Origin: a bacterium
GTDB lineage: Bacteria; Patescibacteriota; Minisyncoccia; UBA6257; 2-01-FULL-56-20
Direction of reading: 5' to 3'
Length of the DNA stretch: 64,000 nt
Assembly: GCA_021780195.1 (NCBI GenBank)
Contig: JAJXZE010000002.1
Coordinates: 20,220 to 84,219, forward strand
The notes under the pieces were generated by a model that was not told where the DNA came from, did no database searches, and saw only the letters and a list, made by a program, of their open reading frames with translations. Of this stretch, positions 46,527 through 55,758 are shown piece by piece. Within the stretch, counting starts at the first letter, position 1, and each line of letters opens with the position of its first letter. Made by a program: the position numbers and the translations under genes.

Positions 46527-49349
46527 TTATGCTCCCGTTGACGCGACCCCGCCCTTATTTTTTTCTCCCGGCTTTTCGAAAACACAGATTGTACGGCCCG
46601 CATCATCAAAATAATGGGTAAGAATATACCCATTTCGCAGGGGCGACCAATCCGGAGAGTCGCCGGAGGGGTATTCTCTTGTCATGATGCCCTCTTCGGG
46701 GTTTTGATTTTTTTTGATGGCAGAAACAATTTCCCGACCACTGATTTTTTTGGAAGCGAGTCCCTTGTCGGCGTCGGGAGACAGCTCGATCTTTAAGCTC
46801 GGTACCCCCTTGTAATCATATGCTTCCGTGGCGACAAAGCCGCTCTCGATGTATCTCTTGGTGACGGGCGCCATCGGATTGCAATCGGCGAAAATAGGAA
46901 CCCCGAGGGCACGCTCCTCCCGGAGGGCTTGGTCAAGCATCGTTTCCCCCACTTTGCCTCGTCCATACGCCGGACTCGTGTTGAAAGACCCGAAATAGAT
47001 AGAATCAAGCCTGCCGTTTTTGAATGTGTGGTCGAAGCGGCAGAACGCCGCAACGGCCCCTTTGTGCTTGAAGAGATAGAATCTGGTGTCGGGATTATCG
47101 AGAGATGCATCAAATGACTGGATGAGGGCGTCGATGAATTTTTCGGGATATTCCGTCCGATTGCCATAATTCTTTTGATATATACGGCGCATCTCTTCGA
47201 GAAGCGGAGGATCTTTCTTGAGGTCGGCTCCCGAGGAGACGTTGAATTCGGCGAGTCCGAGGTCGCGAAGGTCGGCGGGAAGCTTGCCGGATCCCTGTTT
47301 TAATGCCTTTATGGTGCTGGTGAAAAGCACGACTTCCGCTTTTATGTCGTCCAGGCGCTCGAAAAGATCACGAGTGTCAGTGCCGAGCTCGGTGGCGTCG
47401 ACAAAGTGCTCTATCAGCTCGTTGCCGCGCCTCAGGAGGTTGCGGGCCACCTGGTTCACGAGTTCTTCGTCCGTCTTTTGTCCCGATGAAAAATTGTCCC
47501 GTAAATATTCCCGAACCTTCTCAATCACCGCCGCTATCTCTGCATATTTTTCAAAAAGCTTCCGGGCGTCATCGCGATCAAGGATATTCGCCAGGCGGAT
47601 GATCGCGTCGCCGTAGTCAGTCCCGCCTTCGGAGCATGCAAGGAAGGAGGTGGCAAAGTTCTTTATATAGATCCGTTCGGGATGGAGGTCGGGCTCCGGT
47701 CCCCCCCGGTGCCACTCAAGGTGGATGGAGGCGTCGTCCGCGATCTTGTCGAGCCCGGCCTTGAGGCGCTGGATTTCATCCACGTTCCGTCCGTCGATAT
47801 AATGGAGGAATTGCACCTGCGCAGAGAGGGGAAAATCGGCCATATCTATCAACAGATCGTCCTCCAGTACTTTGCGCATACTGAGTCGCATCAGGTACTG
47901 GTAGTGATATTCCGCTTCTTCCGACACCGTGCCCGCGGGGAAGAGGCGTCGCAGATATTCCTCCTTGCTGAGTATGGGCGGTGGCACGCTCTTGCCCGCC
48001 TCGAACGTTACGTATTCGGCATTCCTGCGAAGGATCTCTCCCGCCACGAAGGGATGTATGCCATCGACGTCAATACGCTCGAGGTCGAAAAAAAACTTTC
48101 GGCCGGCATCATGCAACTTGCGGTCGAAGGACCACAAGTCCTCCAGTTGCCGCAATGAACCATACCTCGGCGAACCTATTGCAAGCGCGTCATAAATCGC
48201 CTCATCCGCAGGATCATTCCGCGCTATATAGTGCCCCTCGTCAATTCCGGGTTCCTCGTCGCCGTGCGAGATGTCGAAGATGCTTTCAAGGCGCCCGGCG
48301 CGATATTGGCCGAGATAGCCGGGGGCGATAGGAAGGACCGCGTTTGCGATGGGGTTGCCCTCGGTAATGCCGTAGCGCATTCTCAGATTATACGACTCGA
48401 ACATGCGCCTGTAGGTATATATGGTCTTATTCGAGGCACCCCCCGCGATACCGGAGACGACGCCTTCTTCCATGTCGTATCGGTCGTATGAATGGACGGC
48501 TTTGTAGACGTCATCAAGATGCGCCCCGAGAAGATAATTTTCGACCCTTTCCGTGGCATCCTTCGCGAGCTCTTCCACAAATTTCAGCGCAAACCGATTG
48601 TAAGAATTGCCATATTCGTCCAGCGGCTCCTCGTCCGGGGCGATATTCTGCAGGGCCGTAATATCAGCGCTGAAAAAATCTATGATTTTGTGCGCGAGTA
48701 AGTTGCCTTGCGGGTCGTTCGCGCGAATGAGGGCGTCAAGTTGGTTTTCCACCCGCAGGGGCAGGGCGTCTTCGGCCGCCTCCATCTTTTTTGCAAAGTC
48801 CTCCCGCGGGAACAGGGAGTTTCCCAGTCCGTCAATTTCCCCCAGTAATGCGATGATCGGGAACGAGGCAGGCATTCCCTTCGAAGAGATACCCCGCGCA
48901 ACAGCGTCTTCGACGATGTCGATGCGTCGTTGCCGTTCTTCGGGAGTCCCGCCCCGAAGTACAAAATCCACAATTTGAGATCCTTTCTCCGGCCGGGGAG
49001 AAGTATTTCCGGCTTCACAAAGGGCATCGATGGCCGATCCTAGATTCTGCTCCGAAATGGTTTCCGCCGTCGCCCCGCGCGCAATGAGCACATCGGCAAT
49101 CTCATCTGCGTCGCCGACCGGAAGCGGATCGTTGGAGAGAAAGCCGTCCGGCAAGGGGCGCGCGGGTGGAAACTCTTTATTGATCGAAGCATATTCCTGT
49201 CTCTGACGGAAAAGAGGAAGGCCTGGGACAGCCCGGAGCGAATTCACCAATTCCTTCCTGCGGCGCGCTTGCTCATGCGATGACCGTTTTTTGTTCGCGC
49301 CGTATTCCGCGTCAGCGCTCAATTCCACTGTTGATCCTTCTTTGCGCAT
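46527..49349 (-). CDS. 940-aa protein: unknown ~750-aa N-terminal region fused to a C-terminal GNAT-like acetyltransferase
   Basis: The C-terminus has the GNAT acetyl-CoA motif context (SIYFGSFNTSPAYGRGKVGETMLDQAL...YIESGF). The rest shows no recognisable motif. G+C is visibly lower than in the flanking core genes. Confidence 0.6.
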   Translation of the reverse strand: MRKEGSTVELSADAEYGANKKRSSHEQARRRKELVNSLRAVPGLPLFRQRQEYASINKEFPPARPLPDGFLSNDPLPVGDADEIADVLIARGATAETISEQNLGSAIDALCEAGNTSPRPEKGSQIVDFVLRGGTPEERQRRIDIVEDAVARGISSKGMPASFPIIALLGEIDGLGNSLFPREDFAKKMEAAEDALPLRVENQLDALIRANDPQGNLLAHKIIDFFSADITALQNIAPDEEPLDEYGNSYNRFALKFVEELAKDATERVENYLLGAHLDDVYKAVHSYDRYDMEEGVVSGIAGGASNKTIYTYRRMFESYNLRMRYGITEGNPIANAVLPIAPGYLGQYRAGRLESIFDISHGDEEPGIDEGHYIARNDPADEAIYDALAIGSPRYGSLRQLEDLWSFDRKLHDAGRKFFFDLERIDVDGIHPFVAGEILRRNAEYVTFEAGKSVPPPILSKEEYLRRLFPAGTVSEEAEYHYQYLMRLSMRKVLEDDLLIDMADFPLSAQVQFLHYIDGRNVDEIQRLKAGLDKIADDASIHLEWHRGGPEPDLHPERIYIKNFATSFLACSEGGTDYGDAIIRLANILDRDDARKLFEKYAEIAAVIEKVREYLRDNFSSGQKTDEELVNQVARNLLRRGNELIEHFVDATELGTDTRDLFERLDDIKAEVVLFTSTIKALKQGSGKLPADLRDLGLAEFNVSSGADLKKDPPLLEEMRRIYQKNYGNRTEYPEKFIDALIQSFDASLDNPDTRFYLFKHKGAVAAFCRFDHTFKNGRLDSIYFGSFNTSPAYGRGKVGETMLDQALREERALGVPIFADCNPMAPVTKRYIESGFVATEAYDYKGVPSLKIELSPDADKGLASKKISGREIVSAIKKNQNPEEGIMTREYPSGDSPDWSPLRNGYILTHYFDDAGRTICVFEKPGEKNKGGVASTGA

Positions 49350-49353
49350 AGTA

Positions 49354-50136
49354 TTACGCGGATCGTGGGGTTGGCTCCTTTATCTGCTCCGCGAGTCCCC
49401 AGAGATACTCGAAGAGATATTTATGCATGGCGTAAATGTGCGGGTCAGCAAGAATGACGCCGATCATTCTTTCCGGCCGCAGAGTGACGTAAGCGATTTT
49501 TCCGTCATAAATATTCATGATGCTTTCGAATGGAGGGGCGTCCACTCGTATGAGGCGGCTCTCGGTCACGGCGAGGTGGTAATCCTTCAGGTACTCCCGC
49601 GTCGCCGGGGTATCAAGAAGGATGCCGCGCCGTTTGACTCCCAGTTTTTCCCTCTTGGCCACATAAGCGTTATTGAGGGGGCCGATATTTTTCATCACCG
49701 CCTCGATATCCGCATATGAACAGATCTCAGTCCGCGATATAAGCGTATCGTCCAGGACCTTTTTAATGCCCTCAAGGCCTTCGTAGAATAGAACACCGGG
49801 TTTTCCGGATGAAAGGTTGAAATCGGAAACCAGCGAGTTCAGAACTCCCTCGAGTGCGACGTGGGCATCGGCGGCCGCACGCGATTTCTGGTCAGCCAGA
49901 TCTCTTAGTTTCAATGGGTGGGCCGGTTCAAATTGAGCCACCGATCCCGCCTTGTCCCGTCGGACGGCCAGGCCCCCTGCTTCAAGTTCCCCGAGGATCT
50001 TGTAGGTAAGGCCGCGCTTTAGTCCTGCGTAGCTACTGATTTTTCCCGCTGGAAGCAAGCCATGCTTTACTAGGATCTCGTAGAGCTTGGCCTGGTCTGG
50101 AGAAAGTCCCGCCCTAGAAAGGGTCTGTTCGTACAT
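49354..50136 (-). CDS. TrmB-family transcriptional regulator
   Basis: N-terminal winged HTH MYEQTLSRAGLSPDQAKLYEILVKHGLLPAGKISSYAGLKRGLTYKILGELEAGGL plus a C-terminal TrmB-like sensor-length domain. Divergent from the operon promoter. Confidence 0.7.
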   Translation of the reverse strand: MYEQTLSRAGLSPDQAKLYEILVKHGLLPAGKISSYAGLKRGLTYKILGELEAGGLAVRRDKAGSVAQFEPAHPLKLRDLADQKSRAAADAHVALEGVLNSLVSDFNLSSGKPGVLFYEGLEGIKKVLDDTLISRTEICSYADIEAVMKNIGPLNNAYVAKREKLGVKRRGILLDTPATREYLKDYHLAVTESRLIRVDAPPFESIMNIYDGKIAYVTLRPERMIGVILADPHIYAMHKYLFEYLWGLAEQIKEPTPRSA

Positions 50137-50220
50137 GGCTTCATTGCAATAATAACATAAAATTAACGCTTTGGAAAGTGTCACGGGGCGTAAAAAGGGC
50201 TTAATCTTTTTTATTTATCG

Positions 50221-50234
50221 TCATAAAATTATGA
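50221..50234. promoter_or_regulatory. Inverted repeat TCATAA-AA-TTATGA in the divergent control region
   Basis: Lies between the TrmB-type gene and the 50317 promoter. It is a possible operator. Confidence 0.3.
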
Positions 50235-50316
50235 CAATTAATGCTATAAAACTCGGCCATTTGTATCATGAAAATACTTATTTCTGCAGAAATTTAGAAA
50301 GATGCGCCACAAGAAC

Positions 50317-50345
50317 TTGACAGTTTTCATTGCATATGGTAATAT
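50317..50345 (+). promoter_or_regulatory. Near-consensus sigma70-type promoter of the novel operon
   Basis: TTGACA (50317-50322), a 17-nt spacer, then TAATAT (50340-50345). Confidence 0.7.
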
Positions 50346-50351
50346 ATCACC

Positions 50352-51084
50352 AGCACGATGACAGAGGGGGTGGTTCCGGAGGGTGCGCGGCTGGCAGGGA
50401 GGGGAATGGATTGAAGGGATCTATTCCTCTCCCCGAGAGCAAGAGGAGAGGCCTAAGGAGATCCGGGGAAGAGATCTTCATCAGCTCTTTGTAAAACGAC
50501 GGTCGCTCGCGGATATCAGTCTCGAGGAGAGAGTTATCTCGCAGGGCGATTCAGTCAAGCATTCGTCGCGGCGCGTGTCATCGCTTCAAAAGAGCGAGAG
50601 CGGTAGCGGGGCCAGGGAGTCGACGACTCTGCCTCCAATGCCGCGCTGATCAAATCGATCCACAGCGCCACCACGTTTCTTTTTGTGAGATACGTTGCCG
50701 GCGAAACGGTCCAACCCGCCGTTTCTCGGCAAAAATCTCCCCGAAAGAGGAGAGTGATATGGTTCCCTTAGTAAGGAGATCGACTGGAGAGCAAGCTCGG
50801 GTCCGGTTGGTCTCCAGAAACCTCCTTACTAACTCGATCGCAATCTGCGAAAACCGAGGAGAGAGCAGATTGTTAGAGGAGAGAGTAAGGAAGTACCTTG
50901 AAAATTGAATAGCCAAAGTAGTGCTTATAGCGATTATACGTTCGCGGATTATTACACGGGAGCGTCCGAGCTATGGCATTTTGACTTTGAAGTTCCTCCC
51001 GAGTTTGGTTGTCAACTGAGGTTCTGATTTTTGGTGCTTCAGTTGGCAATCAAACTCAAATACGAAACGAAAGGAGGGAGTCAA
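50352..51084 (+). ncRNA. ~730-nt structured leader / candidate ncRNA
   Basis: No convincing ORF. Nested helices lie at 50417-50464, 50695-50732 and 50768-50832 (11 + 7 bp). GAGGAGAG occurs five times (50443, 50524, 50747, 50856, 50876). Confidence 0.45.
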
Positions 51085-51555
51085 ATGAACTATTTGTTGG
51101 GGTCGGGTGAGGCGGTCATTGATCGTTTCAACTCGCACGTTCACGACGGAGTGGCGCGGCTCCTACCCGCGGCGCTGCTTCGAGTTCAGTCACAGGGTAG
51201 GAAGTTCCTCATCGAGGAAGTTGACTTTGGTCAACCAGTCGGTGAGACGATCTGCGTTCCAACCGGGCCAGGGGACGAGATCGTATACGCAATTCGGCCC
51301 AAGAGATTCGGGCACTCGCGGTTCGTCAAAAATCGCAAGCCCGAGCCATGTGGTGCGGTGACGATCATTCTCAAAAGGGATGAATTTGATCCGTACTATG
51401 TCCTAATTACGGCCTTCGTAGGCCATAAACCTGAGCCCGAGCCATGGGATCGCAATTCCAATGGTTTGAGTCGGGACTTCTGGAGTTCTCACGCCCTCAT
51501 CTGGGGGTGCGAGGAAGTCATGCACAACACAGTAACCACGGAATGTCCGTGGTAA
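51085..51555 (+). CDS. Operon gene A: hypothetical protein (156 aa)
   Basis: AGGAGGG SD 7 nt upstream of ATG 51085. Sequence MNYLLGSGEAVIDRF...RFGHSRFV...YYVLITAFVGHKPEPEPWD...FWSSHALIW. No family recognised. Confidence 0.7.
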   Translation: MNYLLGSGEAVIDRFNSHVHDGVARLLPAALLRVQSQGRKFLIEEVDFGQPVGETICVPTGPGDEIVYAIRPKRFGHSRFVKNRKPEPCGAVTIILKRDEFDPYYVLITAFVGHKPEPEPWDRNSNGLSRDFWSSHALIWGCEEVMHNTVTTECPW

Positions 51556-51583
51556 CAACAGCAACAGAGAAAGGAGAAACGAA

Positions 51584-51874
51584 ATGAAAATCAAGAGGTT
51601 GTTTTTGGCGCTGTGCGCCAAGAGGTTGGTTGTCGACATCATCACCGCTGACAACAGAGCGTTTCAGTTGAGCGGTGACCGACGGTTCGAGGGGATGTAT
51701 GAGCGGCTATTCCATGCCGACTCTCACCCCACTCGCAGAAACGTTGGAGAAGGTGAGATGCAGTGGGCTTTCGACCAGGCCAGAGAAATCCGGCTTTGGA
51801 TGGGCCCCACGGAGTATCGCACGATCACAACAACTGAGCTCGAATCCGAGCTCACGCCATTCCCGGTTCGATAG
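51584..51874 (+). CDS. Operon gene B: hypothetical protein (96 aa)
   Basis: AAGGAG SD upstream of the ATG. No family recognised. Confidence 0.6.
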   Translation: MKIKRLFLALCAKRLVVDIITADNRAFQLSGDRRFEGMYERLFHADSHPTRRNVGEGEMQWAFDQAREIRLWMGPTEYRTITTTELESELTPFPVR

Positions 51875-51888
51875 AAAAGGAGGAGACG

Positions 51889-52338
51889 ATGAGTCACATC
51901 AGAAAGGAGACCGTGCGTGGATTCGATACCGTCCACCCGGTTGTTCTGCAAGAAGGTATCAAGGTGGCCTGTCAACTTCTCTCGCTTCAGGGCCTGAAGG
52001 TGACTGATCATGTCTTTGATTGGAGTGGCCATAAGGTCACCGAGTACAACGGCATGAATGTTATCTGCGGCTTGGACGCACAGGGGTCGGCCTCGTCCCA
52101 CAAGTTTGCGGGACTGGGGCTCGCAGTCGACCAGAAGGGCAAGCTCGCGATTGTCGGAGATTTTTATTACTCCGAGCAAGAGCAGCGAGCCCAGGAACTC
52201 AAGAAGATGATCGAAACAGTTCTTGGCGGAGCCTGCTACTTTGCGGCACGGGCGATGATCGCCACGGCCAAGGGGCAGCGGACTCAGATCAAGATCAACC
52301 AAGAAACCCGCCAGCTTCAGCTGGTGGTGCAGATGTGA
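51889..52338 (+). CDS. Operon gene C: DUF1257 (Ycf35)-like protein
   Basis: AAGGAGG SD. The MSH... N-terminus, ~149-aa length and ...RQLQLVVQM C-terminus resemble Ycf35/DUF1257 proteins. Recognised from memory, not searched. Confidence 0.6.
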   Translation: MSHIRKETVRGFDTVHPVVLQEGIKVACQLLSLQGLKVTDHVFDWSGHKVTEYNGMNVICGLDAQGSASSHKFAGLGLAVDQKGKLAIVGDFYYSEQEQRAQELKKMIETVLGGACYFAARAMIATAKGQRTQIKINQETRQLQLVVQM

Positions 52339-52357
52339 GATGAGAAAGGAGGACGTC

Positions 52358-52573
52358 ATGGCAAGAGAAGTCATAACGATCGGCGGAGACGGAGGCGTCG
52401 GCTCTGAAATGTTCGGGTTCAAAGGCAAGAGCTGCCTCAAAGCGGCGGCTGAGATTGCCGAAGAGCTCAAGCGGCTCGGAGTGGTTGCCGACATCGGCGG
52501 AATCAGCATGAAAGAGGATGCCGAGGTCGTGACCGAGACGCAGCAAGCGGCAATGAAGGTCGAAAGGGGATGA
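52358..52573 (+). CDS. Operon gene D: DUF2997-like small protein (71 aa)
   Basis: AAGGAGG SD. Sequence MAREVITIGGDGGVGSEMFGFKGKSCLKAAAEIAEELKRLG matches the remembered DUF2997 pattern (I..DG.V...V.G.KG.sC.....l...lG). Confidence 0.6.
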   Translation: MAREVITIGGDGGVGSEMFGFKGKSCLKAAAEIAEELKRLGVVADIGGISMKEDAEVVTETQQAAMKVERG

Positions 52574-53205
52574 AAGTTATGGTTATGCCCCGCGTAAACC
52601 TTCACGACTTCGTCCCCCGGTCTCGTGCAAACGGGCCGGGGGAGCGAGCGGTGGTTTGGGTGCAGGGTTGCCCTCGGCGTTGTCCGGGGTGTTTCAATCC
52701 CGAAACCTTACCATTCGTTACCAAGAATTGGGTAACCGTTGATGATCTTGAGAGCCGAATCTTGGCTCAAAACAACATTGACGGCGTCACCTTTTCTGGT
52801 GGCGAACCGTTCGCACATGCACAGGCACTTGCCGAGTTGGCGAAAAAGCTGCGCAAGTATGGATTGACGGTGGTGTGTTACACCGGCTACACGCTCAAGC
52901 AACTTAAGGCCGGAAATCGCGAGGACTGGAATGCTCTTCTTTCAGAAGTAGACCTTCTGATTGACGGGCCATTCATCCAAGAGCAGCGGTGCCATGAACC
53001 ATATCGCGGCTCGGCAAACCAAATTCTTCACCTTCTTACCGATCGCATCCGATTGGAGGAAGTTCATGGGCAAAGCCAGACAGCAGAGTTCACACTCGGC
53101 GCTGGCGGAGACATCCAGCAAACTGGATTCCCTGAACTCCCCGACATGGATGCGGTCATGGGAGAAATCTCAGGGATCCTCAAACAGACAGGAGGATCGA
53201 AATGA
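52570..53205 (+). CDS. Operon gene E: NrdG/PflA-type radical-SAM activating enzyme (orphan)
   Basis: The CX3CX2C cluster is present in VWVQGCPRRCPGCFNPE, with the SAM-binding GVTFSGGEPF. About 210 aa, as in NrdG. ATGA overlaps with both neighbours. Confidence 0.8.
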   Translation: MKVMVMPRVNLHDFVPRSRANGPGERAVVWVQGCPRRCPGCFNPETLPFVTKNWVTVDDLESRILAQNNIDGVTFSGGEPFAHAQALAELAKKLRKYGLTVVCYTGYTLKQLKAGNREDWNALLSEVDLLIDGPFIQEQRCHEPYRGSANQILHLLTDRIRLEEVHGQSQTAEFTLGAGGDIQQTGFPELPDMDAVMGEISGILKQTGGSK

Positions 53206-55010
53206 AAGATACGAAGAATTGTGCCGTAACGGCACACAGTTGGTTTGAGTCTTTTGCTCGTGCCTACGCGGCCGAGCTCGGGTACGTGTTTCTTATCTCC
53301 GGCAACATCGCAGATTTATTCCCCTTGGGGAGCGAGTTCGTGACCTTGCGCCAGTTCTGGGCAAGGCAGTTGGATGGCAGAGACATTGTGGTGTTCTGGG
53401 ATAAGTCGGCGGGGTTCGCCTTTGCTGACGAAATCCTCGGCACCAAACCGGCCGAAGGGCAACTCCCGATGAGGGAGAAGTTCAAGGCCGCAGTCGGACT
53501 GAATCAGCAGCAAGGTAATGGCGGCAGCAATGCCTCTAACTTGCTGGCTGGCTTGGCTGGATTGGGCGGCGGCAACAACGGCGCGCTTCCCACTGATCCT
53601 GAGCAAGCTTTCCAGCTTCTGGAAAAATTGCTCTCACAGGGCAAGCCAGAAGATCGGAAGGCGGCGGTAGTCGTGGAGTACATCGAAAGTGTTATCCCCG
53701 AAAACGACTACGGGTCAGTTCCGGCAGTAACGCTCCAACGGTGGGCGTCTCTGGACAGCCCGCTCAAGGGTACCGGCAACCCGGTTATCCTGATCGAGCG
53801 GAATCCAGAACGGGCCTCTAGTGTAGTGAAGCATGACGATTCGTCGGTAGTGCGGATCCACATTCCTCGTCCGAACAAAGAGGAGTTCGGAACATTCATC
53901 CGTCACAGCCTGAAGGTCAACGGCGTTAAGCTCGCCGAAGGCCTGACGGTGGACGTGGCGGCCAACCTGTCAGCCGGGCTACGTTGCAAGGACTTTGACG
54001 ACTTTGTCATGAAGTCGCTCGAGTCCGGCGACCCAATCAACGACACCTTTATTTGGCAGAAAAAGGTGGAGTTGATTGAGAAGCAGTCCGGCGGGGTCCT
54101 GCAGGTGGTAAGACCCAAGCATGGGTTCGAATCCATCGGCGGGCTGGAGCACGTCAAGAGCGCCCTACGGGTGCAGATTGACAAGCTTCGCAGTGGTTCC
54201 AGAACCACTGATAAGGGTTGGATTCTGATGGGGCCTCCGGGAACGGGGAAAACCATCATCGCCGAGGCGCTGGCGAAAGAGTCGGGTGTCAATTTCGTGA
54301 TGCTCGGCAACGTCCTCTCCAAGTATGTGGGTGACTCGGAGAGAAACATGAATCTCGCTATGGAAATTGCCCGAGCCATGGCGCCCACAATCATCTTCGT
54401 TGACGAAGCCGCTGAGGCAATCGGAAACGGAGAGGGCTACAACGGGGATAGCGGCGTCAGCAATCGTGTAAGGGGGAAACTCCAGAACGTGATGGGTGAC
54501 GACTCTGCCCGGGGCCAGCTGTTCTTTATGCTGGCAACGAACTATCCCAATCGTCTGGCACCGGCGATTCTGCGTGAGGGAAGGATGGACAAGCGGGTGC
54601 CACTCTTGGTTCCTGACAGCACCGGGAGAAATGAGATTCTCAAAGCGCTTTGCCTAAAGTATGGCATTGCGTCCGAGGGAATCGACTTTTCACCTGCCCT
54701 TGCCAGTACGGAAGGGTGGACAGGTGCTGAGCTCGAGGCGCTTTTACTCCGAGCGAAGCAATTTGCAGAGGAGGAGGAAGTGCCGGTCGAGACCCGTCAT
54801 TTCGATGAAGCGGTAAAGGATTACATCCCGAGCCGCGACCAGCAGGCGTTCGACCTGATGACCGCGTTGGCCATCAGGTACACGAACTCCAGACGGCTTC
54901 TGCCCGAGGCCTATCGGTCTGCGAATGGAGAAATTCAGAAGCGGATCGATGAGCTCGAGCCTCAGGTGGCCGAGCGCGAAGCAAGGCGCCGGGGCGGGCT
55001 GAAGCTCTAG
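53202..55010 (+). CDS. Operon gene F: Ycf46/CDC48-type AAA+ ATPase (602 aa) ending RRGGLKL
   Basis: Walker A GPPGTGKT, Walker B IIFVDEA, DSGVSNRV (Ycf46-like), and a large non-ATPase N-domain. The C-terminal tail is ...IQKRIDELEPQVAEREARRRGGLKL. Confidence 0.85.
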   Translation: MKDTKNCAVTAHSWFESFARAYAAELGYVFLISGNIADLFPLGSEFVTLRQFWARQLDGRDIVVFWDKSAGFAFADEILGTKPAEGQLPMREKFKAAVGLNQQQGNGGSNASNLLAGLAGLGGGNNGALPTDPEQAFQLLEKLLSQGKPEDRKAAVVVEYIESVIPENDYGSVPAVTLQRWASLDSPLKGTGNPVILIERNPERASSVVKHDDSSVVRIHIPRPNKEEFGTFIRHSLKVNGVKLAEGLTVDVAANLSAGLRCKDFDDFVMKSLESGDPINDTFIWQKKVELIEKQSGGVLQVVRPKHGFESIGGLEHVKSALRVQIDKLRSGSRTTDKGWILMGPPGTGKTIIAEALAKESGVNFVMLGNVLSKYVGDSERNMNLAMEIARAMAPTIIFVDEAAEAIGNGEGYNGDSGVSNRVRGKLQNVMGDDSARGQLFFMLATNYPNRLAPAILREGRMDKRVPLLVPDSTGRNEILKALCLKYGIASEGIDFSPALASTEGWTGAELEALLLRAKQFAEEEEVPVETRHFDEAVKDYIPSRDQQAFDLMTALAIRYTNSRRLLPEAYRSANGEIQKRIDELEPQVAEREARRRGGLKL

Positions 55011-55060
55011 TCCGAAACACCAACACAGAAACGAAAAGAATGGAGGTGATTCCAATGTAG

Positions 55061-55758
55061 TTCTTATGGCGAGAGCCACGGAGAACCCGAATCTTTCCGC
55101 GGGATGGAGTGTGCGGGGAAGATCGGAGGCGGTCTTCGGTAGGGCTGCTTCTTAAAACATGACCCGGCGATGCATCAGGCCGAAGTCTGATGTAGGTTCC
55201 AGCGGCAGATGTTTGTCGGCTATCAGGGATATCCGGCAGACAGTTGGAACAAAGGGGTTTGTACATTTGCGGGTTCATTGGTGTGCGAGCTTCTCTCCCT
55301 GAAATGGAGAAACGAACCAAAAGCGAAGTTAACCTTCAACCGGCGGTTGGCAATCATCCGTCGAGCGTTAACCCCAAGTGGAATTAGCGGTGCTTAATAA
55401 AGGCCACAGGCCTAATGAGCCGCTAAATCCAGCAAGGTCGCAGAGTTCCCTTCGGGGGATAAATAAATTGCATAAGCCGAGAAATCGGAATGCGGATCGC
55501 GCTTGACTTAAAGCGCGAGAAGCGAGTGGCCAGTCAATCGGCCGTCCGATTTGTCCAGTTGCGAGCAACATTGCAGTTGGACTAGGCGAAGATTGAACGC
55601 GCTCATCCGCGAAACTTCAAATTCGGCCTAGGGTTCGATGAGGGGTTCTATAAAATTCTTGACTTTGGCCAAGTCTTGGCGGCACTTGCTTTGCCGTAAC
55701 CTCGGGCTAATCGCAAGTTAGCTCGAGGAAAGCAAGAAGGGTTTAGGGTTTACAGTCC
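55061..55758 (+). ncRNA. Candidate large structured RNA inside the operon
   Basis: About 800 nt without a credible ORF. Stable helices include 55385-55425 (nested), a C(UUCG)G hairpin at 55445-55460, a GAAA-tetraloop hairpin at 55477-55488, an 8-bp helix at 55497-55518 and a three-tier helix at 55685-55736. Confidence 0.5.

Noticed and set aside
50478-50484. CTGATGA on the minus strand of the leader, considered as a second hammerhead.
   Set aside because: The downstream sequence can form a stem-II-like helix, but no GAAA core or stem III/I arrangement follows.
50383-50916. ORFs 50383..50649(+) and 50650..50916(-) in the leader region.
   Set aside because: The first has a GTG start with the GGAGG directly abutting it, leaving no spacer. 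The peptides are charged and disordered with no motifs. The region is dominated by strong RNA helices. Coding cannot be fully excluded.
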